Counted from the first letter of the stretch, positions 50,425-61,232 are shown. The stretch: 64,000 nt of DNA from Nitrosopumilus sp. (GCA_965205215.1 OZ242041.1:160001-224000); one strand, 5' to 3'. Program-made: numbers and translations. The notes: generated by a model not told the origin, from the sequence alone.

Positions 50425-51648
50425 ATGAAGACAGCTGTCCTGATCACGCGCAACAGGGAGGACGCCGTGGGCGAGGCGCTGGGCCTCTGCGACGCGGCCG
50501 GGTACGAGCCCGTACGCGTGATGAGGCAGCGTTATCTGGGGCACCCCAGGTATGGGATAGGGCGCGGGGCGCTCGAAAAGCTGCAGGAGATCGTAGAGGA
50601 GACGGGCCCCGACGTGGTGGTATACGACGAGATCCTAAAGCCGAGCCAGAACTATAATCTGGCGTCGGCCGTGCACATGGAGATACTCGACAGGGAGACC
50701 CTCATACTGGAGATATTCGAGAGGCGCGCGTCGAGCGCCGAGTCGAGGCTGCAGGTGAGGCTGGCGCAGCTCAGGTACGAGATGGCCAGGGCAAAGGAGA
50801 GGGTCAGGCTCGCGAGCATGGGGGAGCAGCCGGGGTTCATGGGGATCGGCAAGTTCGGGGTCGACGTATACTACAACGACATACGGAACCGGATGAACTC
50901 GACTAGGGCGAAGCTCGAAAAGTCCGGAAGGCAGCGCGAGCTGCACAGGAGTGCGCGCAGACGGGCGGGGTTCAAGACCGTCTCGCTTGCGGGGTACACG
51001 TCGGCGGGCAAGACCACGCTGTTCAACACAATGACGGGGGAGAACAACGAGAAGGGCGACGAGCTGTTCACCACGCTCTCCACCACCACGAGGCGCGCCC
51101 AGGTCGGCGGCAGGGCCGCGGAGCCGGTGCTGGTGTCGGACACGGTCGGGTTCATCAGCAAGCTGCCCGCGTATATGATAGAGGCGTTCCGCTCCACGTT
51201 GGAGGAGCTCGGGCACGCGGACGTGATAGTGTTGGTCGTGGACTTTGCCGAACCCGTGCAGGCGGCAAGGAGGAAGATTGCCAGCTGCCACGCCGCGCTC
51301 GGCGAGCTTGGAGTGAGGGAGGAGCGCGTCATATACGCGCTCAACAAGGCCGACATGGTCGCACCTAGCGCCGATGTCGCGAGGAGGAGGGCCGAGCGAC
51401 TGGGAATTGCGGGCGCGGACGACGACGATGGCGGCACGGGGAGGTGGGTCGCCGTATCGGCCAAGACTGGCGCGAATATCGACGGGCTGAAGGACATGAT
51501 AGCCGAGATGGCCTTTGGTCCGGCCGCGGGCGGCGCGTGGCGTCCCGGACGCCGGGACAAGAAGGGTTCACACATCCCAGAGGCCGTCACGGCAGCAGCA
51601 GCGGCGGAGACAACGGCAGCACGCGAGGAGGCGGACGGCCGCGCATGA
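50425..51648 (+). CDS. hflX: GTPase HflX
   Basis: [44 protein letters not shown]. Confidence 0.96.
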   Translation: MKTAVLITRNREDAVGEALGLCDAAGYEPVRVMRQRYLGHPRYGIGRGALEKLQEIVEETGPDVVVYDEILKPSQNYNLASAVHMEILDRETLILEIFERRASSAESRLQVRLAQLRYEMARAKERVRLASMGEQPGFMGIGKFGVDVYYNDIRNRMNSTRAKLEKSGRQRELHRSARRRAGFKTVSLAGYTSAGKTTLFNTMTGENNEKGDELFTTLSTTTRRAQVGGRAAEPVLVSDTVGFISKLPAYMIEAFRSTLEELGHADVIVLVVDFAEPVQAARRKIASCHAALGELGVREERVIYALNKADMVAPSADVARRRAERLGIAGADDDDGGTGRWVAVSAKTGANIDGLKDMIAEMAFGPAAGGAWRPGRRDKKGSHIPEAVTAAAAAETTAAREEADGRA

Positions 51649-52268
51649 CCGCGACCATAGAGGTGCTCCGGATCGGCCAGCGCCCCGTCAGGGACGACAG
51701 GGTCACCACGCATGTGGCCCTGGTGGCCAGGGCCTTTGGGGCGTCCAGGATATACATGACTGAGGCGAACCCCGAGATCAGGCAGGGCGTACGCGCAATA
51801 AACGAGACGTGGGGGGGCAAGTTCGAAGTCGAGTACGTGGACGGATGGAGGCCCGTCCTGCGCGAAAAGGTGCGGCAGGGTTATACGGTAGTGCACCTGT
51901 CGATGTACGGCGAGTCCATAAACGACGTACAGGGCGAGCTGCGGCGGCGCGCCGAGGATGGCGCGGCCAGGATGCTTGTCGTAGTCGGCGCCAAAAAGGT
52001 GCCAAGGGAGGTGTACGACGCGGCAGACTACAACGTAAGCGTGGGGGGGCAGCCGCACTCGGAGATTGCGGCCCTGGCAGTCCTGCTTGACCGCATATAC
52101 CAGGGCGCCCAGCTCGGGCAGGATCGGTTCGGGGGAGCAAAGAGGCGCATAGTCCCGTCCCGTCACGGCAAGCGGGTCGAGTCGCGCGCGTACAGTGACG
52201 ACGATGACGACGACGGGGATGATGGCAATCGCGACGACGATCAGCCCGGGGCGCACAAGACGCAGTAA
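51645..52268 (+). CDS. trm56: tRNA (cytidine-56-2'-O)-methyltransferase
   Basis: [42 protein letters not shown]. Confidence 0.96.
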   Translation: MTATIEVLRIGQRPVRDDRVTTHVALVARAFGASRIYMTEANPEIRQGVRAINETWGGKFEVEYVDGWRPVLREKVRQGYTVVHLSMYGESINDVQGELRRRAEDGAARMLVVVGAKKVPREVYDAADYNVSVGGQPHSEIAALAVLLDRIYQGAQLGQDRFGGAKRRIVPSRHGKRVESRAYSDDDDDDGDDGNRDDDQPGAHKTQ

Positions 52269-52304
52269 ACAACAGATTAATAGCCACATAACTGACCGCG
52301 CACG

Positions 52305-52820
52305 GTGGCAGAAAAGTACGAGGATCCGTTTGTAAAGATCGCGGCCATACTTGGAGGTGACGAGTACCTCAAGGTCGCCATATCCCTGCTAAAGTCCGAG
52401 GACGCCACCGACGAGGAGATTGCAAGCTCCACCGGATTGAGGATAAACATGGTGCGCAAGGTGCTCTACGACCTCTTTGGCAAGTCGCTGATAACCGGGA
52501 TAAAGGTCAAGGACGAGCGCAAGGGGTGGTTCGTATACAGGTGGAGGACCAGGCGCGAGGAGGTGGAGCAGTTCATCGAAAAGCAGAAGAAGAAGATAAC
52601 CGAGCGCCTGCAGCAGAGACTCGAGTACGAGAACGCATCAGAGTTCTACCACTGCGGCAACGACGAGTGCCTCCGTGTGACGTTTGAGGACGCGCTCGAC
52701 GGCATGTTCAAGTGCCCGTCGTGCGGGAGCATACTGAACTTTAAGAACAACGACAGGCCGAAAAAGGCGTACGCCAAAAAGATAGACGAGATAAAGAACG
52801 ACATGCAGCAGGTCTTCTAG
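52305..52820 (+). CDS. tfe: Transcription factor E alpha
   Basis: TDEEIA, VRKVLY, GWFVY.W, Zn ribbon C..C...FKCPSCG. Confidence 0.95.
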   Translation: MAEKYEDPFVKIAAILGGDEYLKVAISLLKSEDATDEEIASSTGLRINMVRKVLYDLFGKSLITGIKVKDERKGWFVYRWRTRREEVEQFIEKQKKKITERLQQRLEYENASEFYHCGNDECLRVTFEDALDGMFKCPSCGSILNFKNNDRPKKAYAKKIDEIKNDMQQVF

Positions 52821-52970
52821 GCGCCGCCGTCGTTGTCGTCGTCGTCACCACTGCCGCTACAAAAAAAACACGGACAATACTGCCAGACATGGGGCGCGGG
52901 GCGGGCTGCCACTAGGCATGGTTCCGAGGCACGCCATACGCATAAATACAAAGCACAAACGCACCATGAA

Positions 52971-53462
52971 ATGTCACAGGGCGCCGGCACCGTATCGTTT
53001 ACGGACATAATAAAGGAGAACACGTCGAGGATGCTCAGGGAGATGGAGCTCCAGTCGCCGACCCACTTTCAGATATACTCAGACATGTACAAAGAGTACC
53101 TGCACATGCTGGACAACGTGTTCGGCATGCTTTTGCTCTCAGAGCGGGAGCTCCTAGACAGGATGGCGGGCGGCGCCGACCCGGGCTTTCTGGACAGGTT
53201 CGGGCGCTCAGCGGACAGGACGACGGACCACGTGCTGGCGCAGCTTGACGGATACGGCGACATCCTGCAGTGGTACGCAAAGGCCCGCTCGCAGGGCATG
53301 AAGGCGTTTGACAGGTACATGCACTCCATGATAGGCGCATACTCCGAGGCCCTGAGGGGCGCTACGTGGTGGGCGGCAGTCTACGGGCCCGCATCAGATG
53401 CGGCGCCAGGTACGCCGGCATCATCATCACCGCCATCACAGTCGAACTACAGGGGAGCCTGA
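52971..53462 (+). CDS. Helical hypothetical protein
   Basis: Q.YSDMYKEYLH...FG pattern recalled from Nitrosopumilaceae hypotheticals. Confidence 0.65.
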   Translation: MSQGAGTVSFTDIIKENTSRMLREMELQSPTHFQIYSDMYKEYLHMLDNVFGMLLLSERELLDRMAGGADPGFLDRFGRSADRTTDHVLAQLDGYGDILQWYAKARSQGMKAFDRYMHSMIGAYSEALRGATWWAAVYGPASDAAPGTPASSSPPSQSNYRGA

Positions 53463-53464
53463 AG

Positions 53465-54892
53465 ATGCAGGGCGCCGAATTCAGCACCACCAACCCCGCC
53501 ACCGGCAGGGCCATAGACACCTATGCCGCGATGACGGGGCCTCAGGTCGCGGAGATAGTGGGCAGGGCGCAGCGCGTCTTTCCCGAATGGAAGAGGGACT
53601 ACGAGAGGAGGCGCGGGTACGTATACAATCTGGTCGAGTACCTGAGGAGCCACAAGGAGAAGCTGGCAAGGGTGGCCACGGCCGAGATGGGCAAGGTCAT
53701 AAAGGAGTCCATAGGGGAGATTGAAAAGTGCGCGTGGGTCCTCGAGTTTTACGCGGACCACGGAGACAGCTTCCTTTCCAACGAGGTGCTCACCACGGAC
53801 GCCAGAAAGAGCTTTGTCACGTTCGAGCCGCTCGGGACCATCGGATCCATAATGCCGTGGAACTTTCCGTACTGGCAGGCGCTCAGGTTCGCCGCCCCCT
53901 GCCTGATGGCCGGAAACGTCATCGTAATGAAGCCAGCAAGCATCACGCCGCAGTCCGGCATAGAGATAGAGACCGCGTTCAGGGAGTCGGGCGTGCCTGA
54001 CGGCGTGTTCCAATGCGTGATAGGAAGCACGGAGACGGCAAACCACCTGATAGACTCTGAAGGCGTCAACGCCGTCACGTTCACAGGGAGCGCGGTCGCG
54101 GGCGCCAAGGTGGGACAGAGGGCGGCCGCCGGACTCAAAAAGTGCGTGCTCGAGCTGGGCGGAAGCGACCCGTTTGTAGTGCTTGACGACGCGATGATCG
54201 ACGACGCGGCACAGGGGGCCGTAAAGGGTAGGTTCATCAACTGCGGCCAGAGCTGCGTGGCCTCAAAGAGGTTCTTTGTCCAGAAGGGAGTGGCAGAGGA
54301 GTTTATAGAAAAGTTCCTGAGCATGGCATCGAAGCTCGTGGTGGGCGATCCCATGAACATGGACACCGACCTGGGCCCCGTCTCAAGCAAGGCAGGGCTG
54401 GAGTCGATATCAGAGATGGTGGAGGACGCCAAGGCAAAGGGGGCAAACATACTGCTCGGGGGCGAAACGTGCGGAGATGGCGACGCTGCAGACGATGAAT
54501 CGGGCGGCGGGTACTTTTACAAGCCGACCGTGATATCCGGCGTCACCCAGGACATGATGATCGCAAGGGAGGAGACGTTTGGCCCAGTTGCGCCCATCAC
54601 CATAGTGGAGAACGAGGGCGAGGCAGTCAGGCTGGCAAACGACTCCGAGTACGGGCTTGGCGCCAGCATATGGACTAGGGACCTCTCAAAGGCAGAAAAG
54701 ATCTCCCACAGGATCGAGTCGGGAATAGTGAGCGTCAACAATGTGGTGGTGTCCGACCCGCGCGTGCCGTTTGGCGGCATAAAGCACAGCGGCTTTGGGC
54801 GGGAGCTCTCCAGGTACGGGATGCTCGAGTTTGTAAATGTAAAGTCAGTCAGGTTTTACGACAACCTGACGCAGCAGCACTATGTCGAGTGA
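53465..54892 (+). CDS. NAD(P)-dependent aldehyde dehydrogenase (succinate-semialdehyde dehydrogenase-like)
   Basis: MPWNFP, FTGS, LELGGSDP, GQSCV, EETFGP, PFGGIKHSGFGRE. Confidence 0.95.
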   Translation: MQGAEFSTTNPATGRAIDTYAAMTGPQVAEIVGRAQRVFPEWKRDYERRRGYVYNLVEYLRSHKEKLARVATAEMGKVIKESIGEIEKCAWVLEFYADHGDSFLSNEVLTTDARKSFVTFEPLGTIGSIMPWNFPYWQALRFAAPCLMAGNVIVMKPASITPQSGIEIETAFRESGVPDGVFQCVIGSTETANHLIDSEGVNAVTFTGSAVAGAKVGQRAAAGLKKCVLELGGSDPFVVLDDAMIDDAAQGAVKGRFINCGQSCVASKRFFVQKGVAEEFIEKFLSMASKLVVGDPMNMDTDLGPVSSKAGLESISEMVEDAKAKGANILLGGETCGDGDAADDESGGGYFYKPTVISGVTQDMMIAREETFGPVAPITIVENEGEAVRLANDSEYGLGASIWTRDLSKAEKISHRIESGIVSVNNVVVSDPRVPFGGIKHSGFGRELSRYGMLEFVNVKSVRFYDNLTQQHYVE

Positions 54893-54979
54893 CCCGGTAA
54901 ACAGCCCCGGCATTCTGCAATCCAAGTCCGTAAAGTATTTGCGCAGCCGCCTTTGGCGCGCCTGCCGGCGCGGCGACAG

Positions 54980-55540
54980 TCATTGATGGCTGCGCCCAGA
55001 GGCGCCCCGCTCAAGATCGTCGGCCAGCCTCTCATAGTGGAGCCTGTCCTTGCCTACCGCGTCCAGCTGCTCTCCCTCTATGCGGCCAAGCTCGCCGTCT
55101 ACTTTTTCAGAGACGTACTGCAGGCGGGCGTCGGCCATGACAAACAGCCTGTTGTTCTCCTTCCACAGGTGCTCCGTGATGTGCTCCACGTACTCCTTCA
55201 TGTCCCGTACCAGCCCTGACGGGTCGCCGGACTCCAGATATGCGCGGGCAGACACCTCCATGCTCTGCCCGATCTCTCGCGAGCGCTGGTGGTCTGCCAG
55301 CATTACGGCGATGGGCCCCATGTTGGTCGGCATGCCGGCGTCTGCAAGGGCGGGAAATAACGACTTTTCTTCCTTTGTGTGGTGGCACACGTCCGTAAAG
55401 TTCTTTGTAAAGTCGACCACCTGCATCAGGACGGACTCGGGAACCTGCTTGCCGCCCTGCAGCACCTCTATGGTGGTGCCCATGGCCTTTGTCACCTTTT
55501 CGATGAGGTCGTGGTCTCGGCGCAGCGACGCAGTCGGCAT
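54980..55540 (-). CDS. Hemerythrin-like (HHE) domain protein
   Basis: LRRDH, HHTKEE..LFP, MLADH, HLWKEN. Confidence 0.92.
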   Translation of the reverse strand: MPTASLRRDHDLIEKVTKAMGTTIEVLQGGKQVPESVLMQVVDFTKNFTDVCHHTKEEKSLFPALADAGMPTNMGPIAVMLADHQRSREIGQSMEVSARAYLESGDPSGLVRDMKEYVEHITEHLWKENNRLFVMADARLQYVSEKVDGELGRIEGEQLDAVGKDRLHYERLADDLERGASGRSHQ

Positions 55541-55609
55541 GTACGGACGGACGCAGGATACAGGGGTTATATCTCTTCACGGCCACACGGTGCCGCAACC
55601 TGACGGCAG

Positions 55610-56413
55610 TCAGGTGCGGGAGCCTGCGCGACGCGGCCTCCTAATGCTGCCGCCGCCGTTGCTGGTGCTGCTGCTGCTGCCGTTGTCACCATCCCACGCG
55701 CCAACGTCATAGGACAATATGACGTGATCACCAAGGCGCCTTGCAGACCTCAGCGACAGCTTGGGCGAGTCCGGCACGCTTGGGAACCCGGGGCCCTCCA
55801 CGAGCGAGACGGCGCCGCGCAACCCGCCCCCCAGCACGTAGGGGGATACGGCCACTACAATCTCGTCGACCAGGTTCCTGCGGAGAAATTCCCAGTTGGT
55901 GGTGCCGCCGCCCTCCACCAGAACGGATCTGATCCCGTCTTTTGCCAGACGGCTCAAGAGCCGCCGCACGTCGACTGCCTTTCGTCCCATCGTCACAACC
56001 TCCGCGCCCGTCCGCCGCAGAGCCAGGATGCGCCGCTCGGGCGCCGTTCCGGACACCACGATTATCGTTCTGGTCCCGGGGCTTGTCGATACCACCTTCG
56101 AGGCGGGCGGGGTTCTCGCCATAGAGTCCAGTACGATCCGGGTGGGCTGACTGGCGGTGGCGGCGGCGCCTTCGCCCCCCTTGCGCCCCGCGCGGGCATG
56201 CCGCACGGTAAGCAGCGGATCGTCGGAGAGGACCGTGTTGACCCCCACCAGTATCGCGTCGCATCTGGCCCTGAGCCTATGCACCCTTGACACGTCAGGT
56301 TCGGAGGAGAGCCTGGCGGGCGCGCGGGCGCGAGAACGCGGGCCGCGGCGGCCCCCCGCAAGCGAGATCTTGCCGTCCACCGATACGGCCGCGCTGAGGA
56401 TGACGCGGGGCAT
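55610..56413 (-). CDS. arfC: 2,5-diamino-6-ribosylamino-4(3H)-pyrimidinone 5'-phosphate reductase (RibD C-terminal/ArfC)
   Basis: AVSVDGKI, HRLRA..DAILVG, DDPLLTVR, VLVEGG; no deaminase domain. Confidence 0.88.
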   Translation of the reverse strand: MPRVILSAAVSVDGKISLAGGRRGPRSRARAPARLSSEPDVSRVHRLRARCDAILVGVNTVLSDDPLLTVRHARAGRKGGEGAAATASQPTRIVLDSMARTPPASKVVSTSPGTRTIIVVSGTAPERRILALRRTGAEVVTMGRKAVDVRRLLSRLAKDGIRSVLVEGGGTTNWEFLRRNLVDEIVVAVSPYVLGGGLRGAVSLVEGPGFPSVPDSPKLSLRSARRLGDHVILSYDVGAWDGDNGSSSSTSNGGGSIRRPRRAGSRT

Positions 56414-56456
56414 GGCCGGTCGGTTGCTGCTGCTGCTGTTATTGTTTTTGTTGCGC

Positions 56457-57707
56457 CTAGTCAAGCGAGCCATGCACCATCCTGCCCCCTATCATCACGG
56501 CCCTTATTGACGATGCCGACGCCCTGTGGACAACCGCCGCATGGGGATTGTGCACCGGTTCCAGATCGATTGCGTGCTTGTCCAGAAAGACGCAGTCGGC
56601 GAGCATGCCGGGCGCGACCTGCCCTATCCTTCTGCCCAGTATCATGCCGGCGTTCACGGTCGCCATCCGCAGTATCTCGGCGGGATCCACCCGTTCCCTG
56701 TCCATGCCCATGGCCGCCTTCCACGTGTAGTCCATCTCCCTGAACATGTCAGGTGTATTGACCATGACGTTGTCGGTGCCGAGCGCCAGCCTGCGGTTCG
56801 ACAGGCGCCTCATGGACGTGATGTCCGGCATCCCCTCTGCCAGGGCGGCGTTGGCCCTCGGGCACACCACAATGCCCCTCACGTCGGGAGAGTCTGCGAC
56901 TGCCGCCAGATCGCCCTTTGACGCATGGGTCATGTGCACCAGAAAATGAGGCCGGAGCCCCAAGGCCCTGGCGGTCTCAGAGGCGCCGGTCATCTGCTCC
57001 GAGCGGGATACACTTTCCGCGGTTTCTGACGCGTGTATGGCGCGCAGCGCGTCGCACTTGGAGTATCGTTCAAGCATGGCATCACTGTTCTCGTTTGCCC
57101 CGCTGACGCCCAGCCCGTCGCAGCGCCGCATGACATCGCCCAGCTCGCCCTCGCCGGATACCGAGAGCGGTGCGTTGCGGCGTATGCCATCCTCGTCGCT
57201 GTAATGGTTCGTGCGGCCCATTATGACGCAGCGTATAGGAACCCTTGAGAGGGCCCTTCTGAGCAGCGCGACTCCCTCAGCACCGCCCTCCCTAAAGTCC
57301 ACAAAGGTTGTTGTCCCACTCCGAACCATCGAGGAGCACGAGTTTGCCATGAAATCTACCAGTACGTCAGGGGGGGTCTCCGAGAGTATCTTGGACTTTA
57401 GCCCGAACACGGGGTGTATCTTGTAGTCCACCGTCCCCTCGAGCCGGGCATCCTTTCCCACGGAATCTCCGACGTGGGTGTGGCAGTTCACCAGTCCCGG
57501 GATTACAAGAAGCCCGGTGCAGTCATGGGTCGAGGGAGCCGCATCCGCGTCGCCGGCATCGCGGCCCGGATCCTGCCGCGGCCTGCTACCGGCAGGCCCC
57601 ACGTATTCAAACGTGTCATTTGAAACTGCAATGTCGGCGTCCCGCACGTACCTGAGCTCGGGGCCCGCCAAGACCGACGCGTTCTTGAACAGACGTGTGT
57701 GTGCCAT
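56457..57707 (-). CDS. Metal-dependent amidohydrolase (deaminase-like)
   Basis: PGLVNCHTH, IHASE, LVHMTH, CPRAN, LGTDN. Confidence 0.92.
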   Translation of the reverse strand: MAHTRLFKNASVLAGPELRYVRDADIAVSNDTFEYVGPAGSRPRQDPGRDAGDADAAPSTHDCTGLLVIPGLVNCHTHVGDSVGKDARLEGTVDYKIHPVFGLKSKILSETPPDVLVDFMANSCSSMVRSGTTTFVDFREGGAEGVALLRRALSRVPIRCVIMGRTNHYSDEDGIRRNAPLSVSGEGELGDVMRRCDGLGVSGANENSDAMLERYSKCDALRAIHASETAESVSRSEQMTGASETARALGLRPHFLVHMTHASKGDLAAVADSPDVRGIVVCPRANAALAEGMPDITSMRRLSNRRLALGTDNVMVNTPDMFREMDYTWKAAMGMDRERVDPAEILRMATVNAGMILGRRIGQVAPGMLADCVFLDKHAIDLEPVHNPHAAVVHRASASSIRAVMIGGRMVHGSLD

Positions 57708-57763
57708 TCACATCACCGTCGTCGTTACCATCATCATCATCATCATAATCAGATACCCACGGG

Positions 57764-58594
57764 TCAGAGGCGCCGCCCGGTCGCGTGCTCGTACACGCGC
57801 GGCCACTCTCCCTCCGATCCTGCGCTGCTGCTGCTGCCACTCTCATCGCGCATCTTTCTTATCATGTCAAGCGACTCGGTCGCGCGCATGGCAGCCTCCC
57901 GTCCGTTTCTGCCGCTGCCTATTCCGCAGTTCAGGCGTATGCCGTCCTGCCGCTCCGCCGCGTCCACGAACCCTCGGCCGCCAGACTCCCTGGCCTCGTC
58001 TGAGCATATAATCATAAAGTTGTCCCCGCCCATGAAAAACGCAAGCGACTCGTATTCGCGGTAAAAGTATTCGGACATCTTGTGGTACAGCCCGAACATC
58101 AGAAGGGAGATCTCGTACGGGCTTGCGCCGCGTCGACGGAGGCCGCTCAGTTCGTCTATGTCCATGTGCATTATGCTTACGTCGTCGCCTGAATCCGATT
58201 GTGCCGCAGCATCCCCGCCGAATATCATGTCGGTGCGTTCGCCGTTGCCGCCGCCGTTGCGCGTACCGGCCGTACGCGTTGCGTCGGCGGCGGCCGCGTC
58301 GGCGGCGGCCGGCGTCCGGCCGCTCCCAATCGACATCCGCACGCGGATGTCGGCAAACTCTGCTGCCAGCGCATCCTGTATTGCGACGTGCCCGTCCACG
58401 GCAAGCCCGGAGCTGAGGGCGAACAGCTCATCGGCACGGTTTGCAAACACAAGGCAGTCGCGCTCAGAAAACAGACTCTGGACCCTGTTGTAAAGCCGCG
58501 ACTGGAGCATCTGGAGTTCGTGCTCCCTGTCGCTCCCAAGCGTGAGCGTCCACGGCCCGTACTCCTCAATCTTGAGGACGCTCAGCTGTACCAT
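57764..58594 (-). CDS. gch3: GTP cyclohydrolase III
   Basis: YGPWTLTLGSDREHELQMLQ, FMGGDNF, LNCGIG; the ORF can extend upstream to 58699. Confidence 0.93.
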   Translation of the reverse strand: MVQLSVLKIEEYGPWTLTLGSDREHELQMLQSRLYNRVQSLFSERDCLVFANRADELFALSSGLAVDGHVAIQDALAAEFADIRVRMSIGSGRTPAAADAAAADATRTAGTRNGGGNGERTDMIFGGDAAAQSDSGDDVSIMHMDIDELSGLRRRGASPYEISLLMFGLYHKMSEYFYREYESLAFFMGGDNFMIICSDEARESGGRGFVDAAERQDGIRLNCGIGSGRNGREAAMRATESLDMIRKMRDESGSSSSAGSEGEWPRVYEHATGRRL

Positions 58595-58679
58595 CTTGCC
58601 ACACCCCTCGTAGTTGCTGCCGCCGTCATTGTAGCCGTCATCGTAACCACCATCATAACTGTCATCGTAGCCGCACCAG

Positions 58680-59096
58680 TCACATGCGTATCTTTGCAAG
58701 CTCCCCGTCTATCTTCAGCAGCGCCTCCACGGCGCGTTCCGCGACGGGCCTGATCCGCGCAAACGCGTGCCTCTCCTGCATGCCGGGCCCCGTCACGCCG
58801 AGCGACACGGGCTTGCCGTGCTTCACGGAGAGGTCTGCAAGGGCGCGCGTGGTGGAGTGGGCTATGACCTCGTCATGCTTGGTCTGCCCCTTTATTACGG
58901 CCCCAATCGCCGCCACCCCGTCCACGTCGTCCCGGCGCAGCAGCGCGTCGGCCACCACGGGCATGTCAAACACGCCCGGCACCCAGGCGGTGTGCACTAT
59001 CTCAAGGTTCAGGGCAGCGGCCCTCTCCTTTGCCACCTCGTACATCCGAGACGTCACGTCATAGTTGAACTCGGCCACTACGATTGATATCCTCAA
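58680..59096 (-). CDS. ribH: 6,7-dimethyl-8-ribityllumazine synthase
   Basis: IVVAEFN, VPGVFDMP, GAVIKGQTKHD, PVSLG. Confidence 0.96.
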   Translation of the reverse strand: MRISIVVAEFNYDVTSRMYEVAKERAAALNLEIVHTAWVPGVFDMPVVADALLRRDDVDGVAAIGAVIKGQTKHDEVIAHSTTRALADLSVKHGKPVSLGVTGPGMQERHAFARIRPVAERAVEALLKIDGELAKIRM

Positions 59097-59098
59097 TT

Positions 59099-59773
59099 TC
59101 AGTGCACCCTGGCATATTCGGCCAATTCCCTGCCGTCGACAAGCGGCATGCCGTGCTGCGCGGCGAACCTGGATGCCTTGTCAACTGACAGCGCCGCGTA
59201 CGTCTGCGCGTCCATCATCTCGCACATTGCCATTACGGGCCGGAGTCCGGCGGCCTTTGCCAGATAGATTGACATCTCGGTGTGCCCCTGGCGCTCCTCC
59301 AGCAGGTTCTTTGACGCGATAAGCAACGGGACGTGCCCCGGCGTCCGGAACGACTTTGCAAACGCCCCCGCCATGTCGTCGGCGTCGTACACGCGCGCAA
59401 TGTCCGATATGGTGGCGGAGCGGTCCCTGTCGGTTATGCCGGTGTACGTGCGCCTGGAGTTTACCGATATCGAGAACGTGGAGCGGTCCCCGTACGGGGC
59501 GAGCCCCATTATCATGGACTTGTCGCATGCGGCGGCCCCCGAATCGGCCAGTATGTCGTGCATGTACCGTATCCCGACTGAGCGGGCAAACTCGTGGTCC
59601 ACCGCGACGCACAGCAGTCCGCCGGCGCGCTGCCGCATCCTTGCCACGTGCTCCGGGCTTGCCGTCCCGGCGTACGCCACCATGTCGACCTCGTCCTCCC
59701 TGCCCTCCGAGTCGTGCAGCAGTACGAACTCGCCGCGCCTCAGGGATGCGAGCGCGTCATCAAGGGATGCCAT
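59099..59773 (-). CDS. ribB: 3,4-dihydroxy-2-butanone-4-phosphate synthase
   Basis: DSEGREDEVD, TGITDRDR, PGHV, RQGHTE, CEM. Confidence 0.96.
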   Translation of the reverse strand: MASLDDALASLRRGEFVLLHDSEGREDEVDMVAYAGTASPEHVARMRQRAGGLLCVAVDHEFARSVGIRYMHDILADSGAAACDKSMIMGLAPYGDRSTFSISVNSRRTYTGITDRDRSATISDIARVYDADDMAGAFAKSFRTPGHVPLLIASKNLLEERQGHTEMSIYLAKAAGLRPVMAMCEMMDAQTYAALSVDKASRFAAQHGMPLVDGRELAEYARVH

Positions 59774-59847
59774 GCGGGGAATCCGCATGATCCGACTATA
59801 AAGCTTACCAACATATTGGTAATTACCCACATGTGGGTTATGACCGG

Positions 59848-60432
59848 TCAGTCCAGGATGTACTTGCCCAGCACGTCGGTCTCGATATTTAGCTTGTCAC
59901 CCGCCTTCTTGGCAGACAGGTTTGTCACCTGCACCGTATGCGGTATGAGCGAGACTGAGGCGGTGCGGTCCCTGACTGACACTATGGTCAGGCTTATGCC
60001 GTCAAGCGCGACGGAGCCCTTCTTCACCACGTACTTGGCAAGGCGCTTTGGTATGCGGAACCACATGCGCACCTCGCCGGGCTTTTTCTGCATCTTGGTG
60101 ATGGTGGCCCTGCCGTCGACGTGCCCTAGCACAAAGTGCCCCTCGAGCCTGTCGCCCACCTTGAGGCTGCGCTCCACGTTTATGATGCTGCCCGCCTTCA
60201 GGCCCCCGAGGCTGGTCTTCTTGATCGTCTCCTCTACAAGCTCAAAGGTGCACTCGGAGCCGTCTATGGCCACGGCCGTGAGGCACACGCCGTTGAGAGC
60301 CACGCTCTGCCCCTCCTTCAGTCCCCTGGGTTTCTTCTGCAGGTCCACCACGAGCTTGGCCGCGCTCCGGCCGGACGTGCTCGCGGTGATGCTCTTGACC
60401 AGGCCGGTATTCTCTATGATTCCAGTGAACAT
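59848..60432 (-). CDS. ribE: Riboflavin synthase (bacterial-type alpha chain)
   Basis: MFTGII, SVALNGVCLT, GHFVLGHVDG, KGSVALDGISLT, LIPHT. Confidence 0.96.
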   Translation of the reverse strand: MFTGIIENTGLVKSITASTSGRSAAKLVVDLQKKPRGLKEGQSVALNGVCLTAVAIDGSECTFELVEETIKKTSLGGLKAGSIINVERSLKVGDRLEGHFVLGHVDGRATITKMQKKPGEVRMWFRIPKRLAKYVVKKGSVALDGISLTIVSVRDRTASVSLIPHTVQVTNLSAKKAGDKLNIETDVLGKYILD

Positions 60433-60515
60433 TTTGGTGACGTGTATGCGGCGGGGGCAAATATAATCAAAGTGACGCCGGCGCACGCGGAGCGTCTTGT
60501 GGTGCCGTCACGCCG

Positions 60516-61232
60516 TCAGGTGTCGCCTGACGTCATCTCAGAGTACTCTTTGTCGCAGAACTGGTGGAACACGGAGCAGTTGCTGTTTTTCGCGTCAGAT
60601 ATTATGCGCGCCATGTCTCCGTCCCGCACGCCCTGGGCCGCCAGAAACGCCTCGTCGTCCCTTCCCAGCTTGGAGAAGATCCGGGAGCGGGCGGCAGAGA
60701 CGTCCCTTGCAACCTGCTTGTCCACCCTTCCACCTGCCGCGTCATACAGCCGCAGGGCGTCCACGTACCTGCCAAGGTACGTCATAGAGAGCGCCTTGTT
60801 GAGCAGGGCCGTCACGTCACCCGGCGACGCCTCAAGGGCCCTGTCGTAGTACGGGAGGGACTCTGCGTGCCGGCCCGTCCGGGTGAGCGCAAGCGCGACC
60901 CCCGTAAGCGCCGTCACGTCGCCGGGGTTTGACTGCAGCATCTGCTTGCACGTGTCGATCGCCTCATCGTGCATATCAAGGGCCTCGAGCGCGGACAGCC
61001 TGTTTCTGAGCGCATACTCGTCGTACGGCCTCAGCTTTAGCACCCTGTCACAGTACGACAGGGCCTCCCCGTGGCGCCCCATGCATATGAGCGCGAGCGC
61101 GATGTTCTGCAGGGCGGTCATGTCATCCGGGTCTCGTGCGAGCATCTGCTTGCAATAGTCGTGCATCTTCTCGTACCGGCCCGCGTCAAACATGGACCTT
61201 ATCACGTTTGAGGGGTCGAGCAGGTTTACCAT
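60516..61232 (-). CDS. Tetratricopeptide repeat protein
   Basis: Multiple 34-aa TPR motifs (AL...G...AL..YDRAL...P). Confidence 0.9.
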   Translation of the reverse strand: MVNLLDPSNVIRSMFDAGRYEKMHDYCKQMLARDPDDMTALQNIALALICMGRHGEALSYCDRVLKLRPYDEYALRNRLSALEALDMHDEAIDTCKQMLQSNPGDVTALTGVALALTRTGRHAESLPYYDRALEASPGDVTALLNKALSMTYLGRYVDALRLYDAAGGRVDKQVARDVSAARSRIFSKLGRDDEAFLAAQGVRDGDMARIISDAKNSNCSVFHQFCDKEYSEMTSGDT

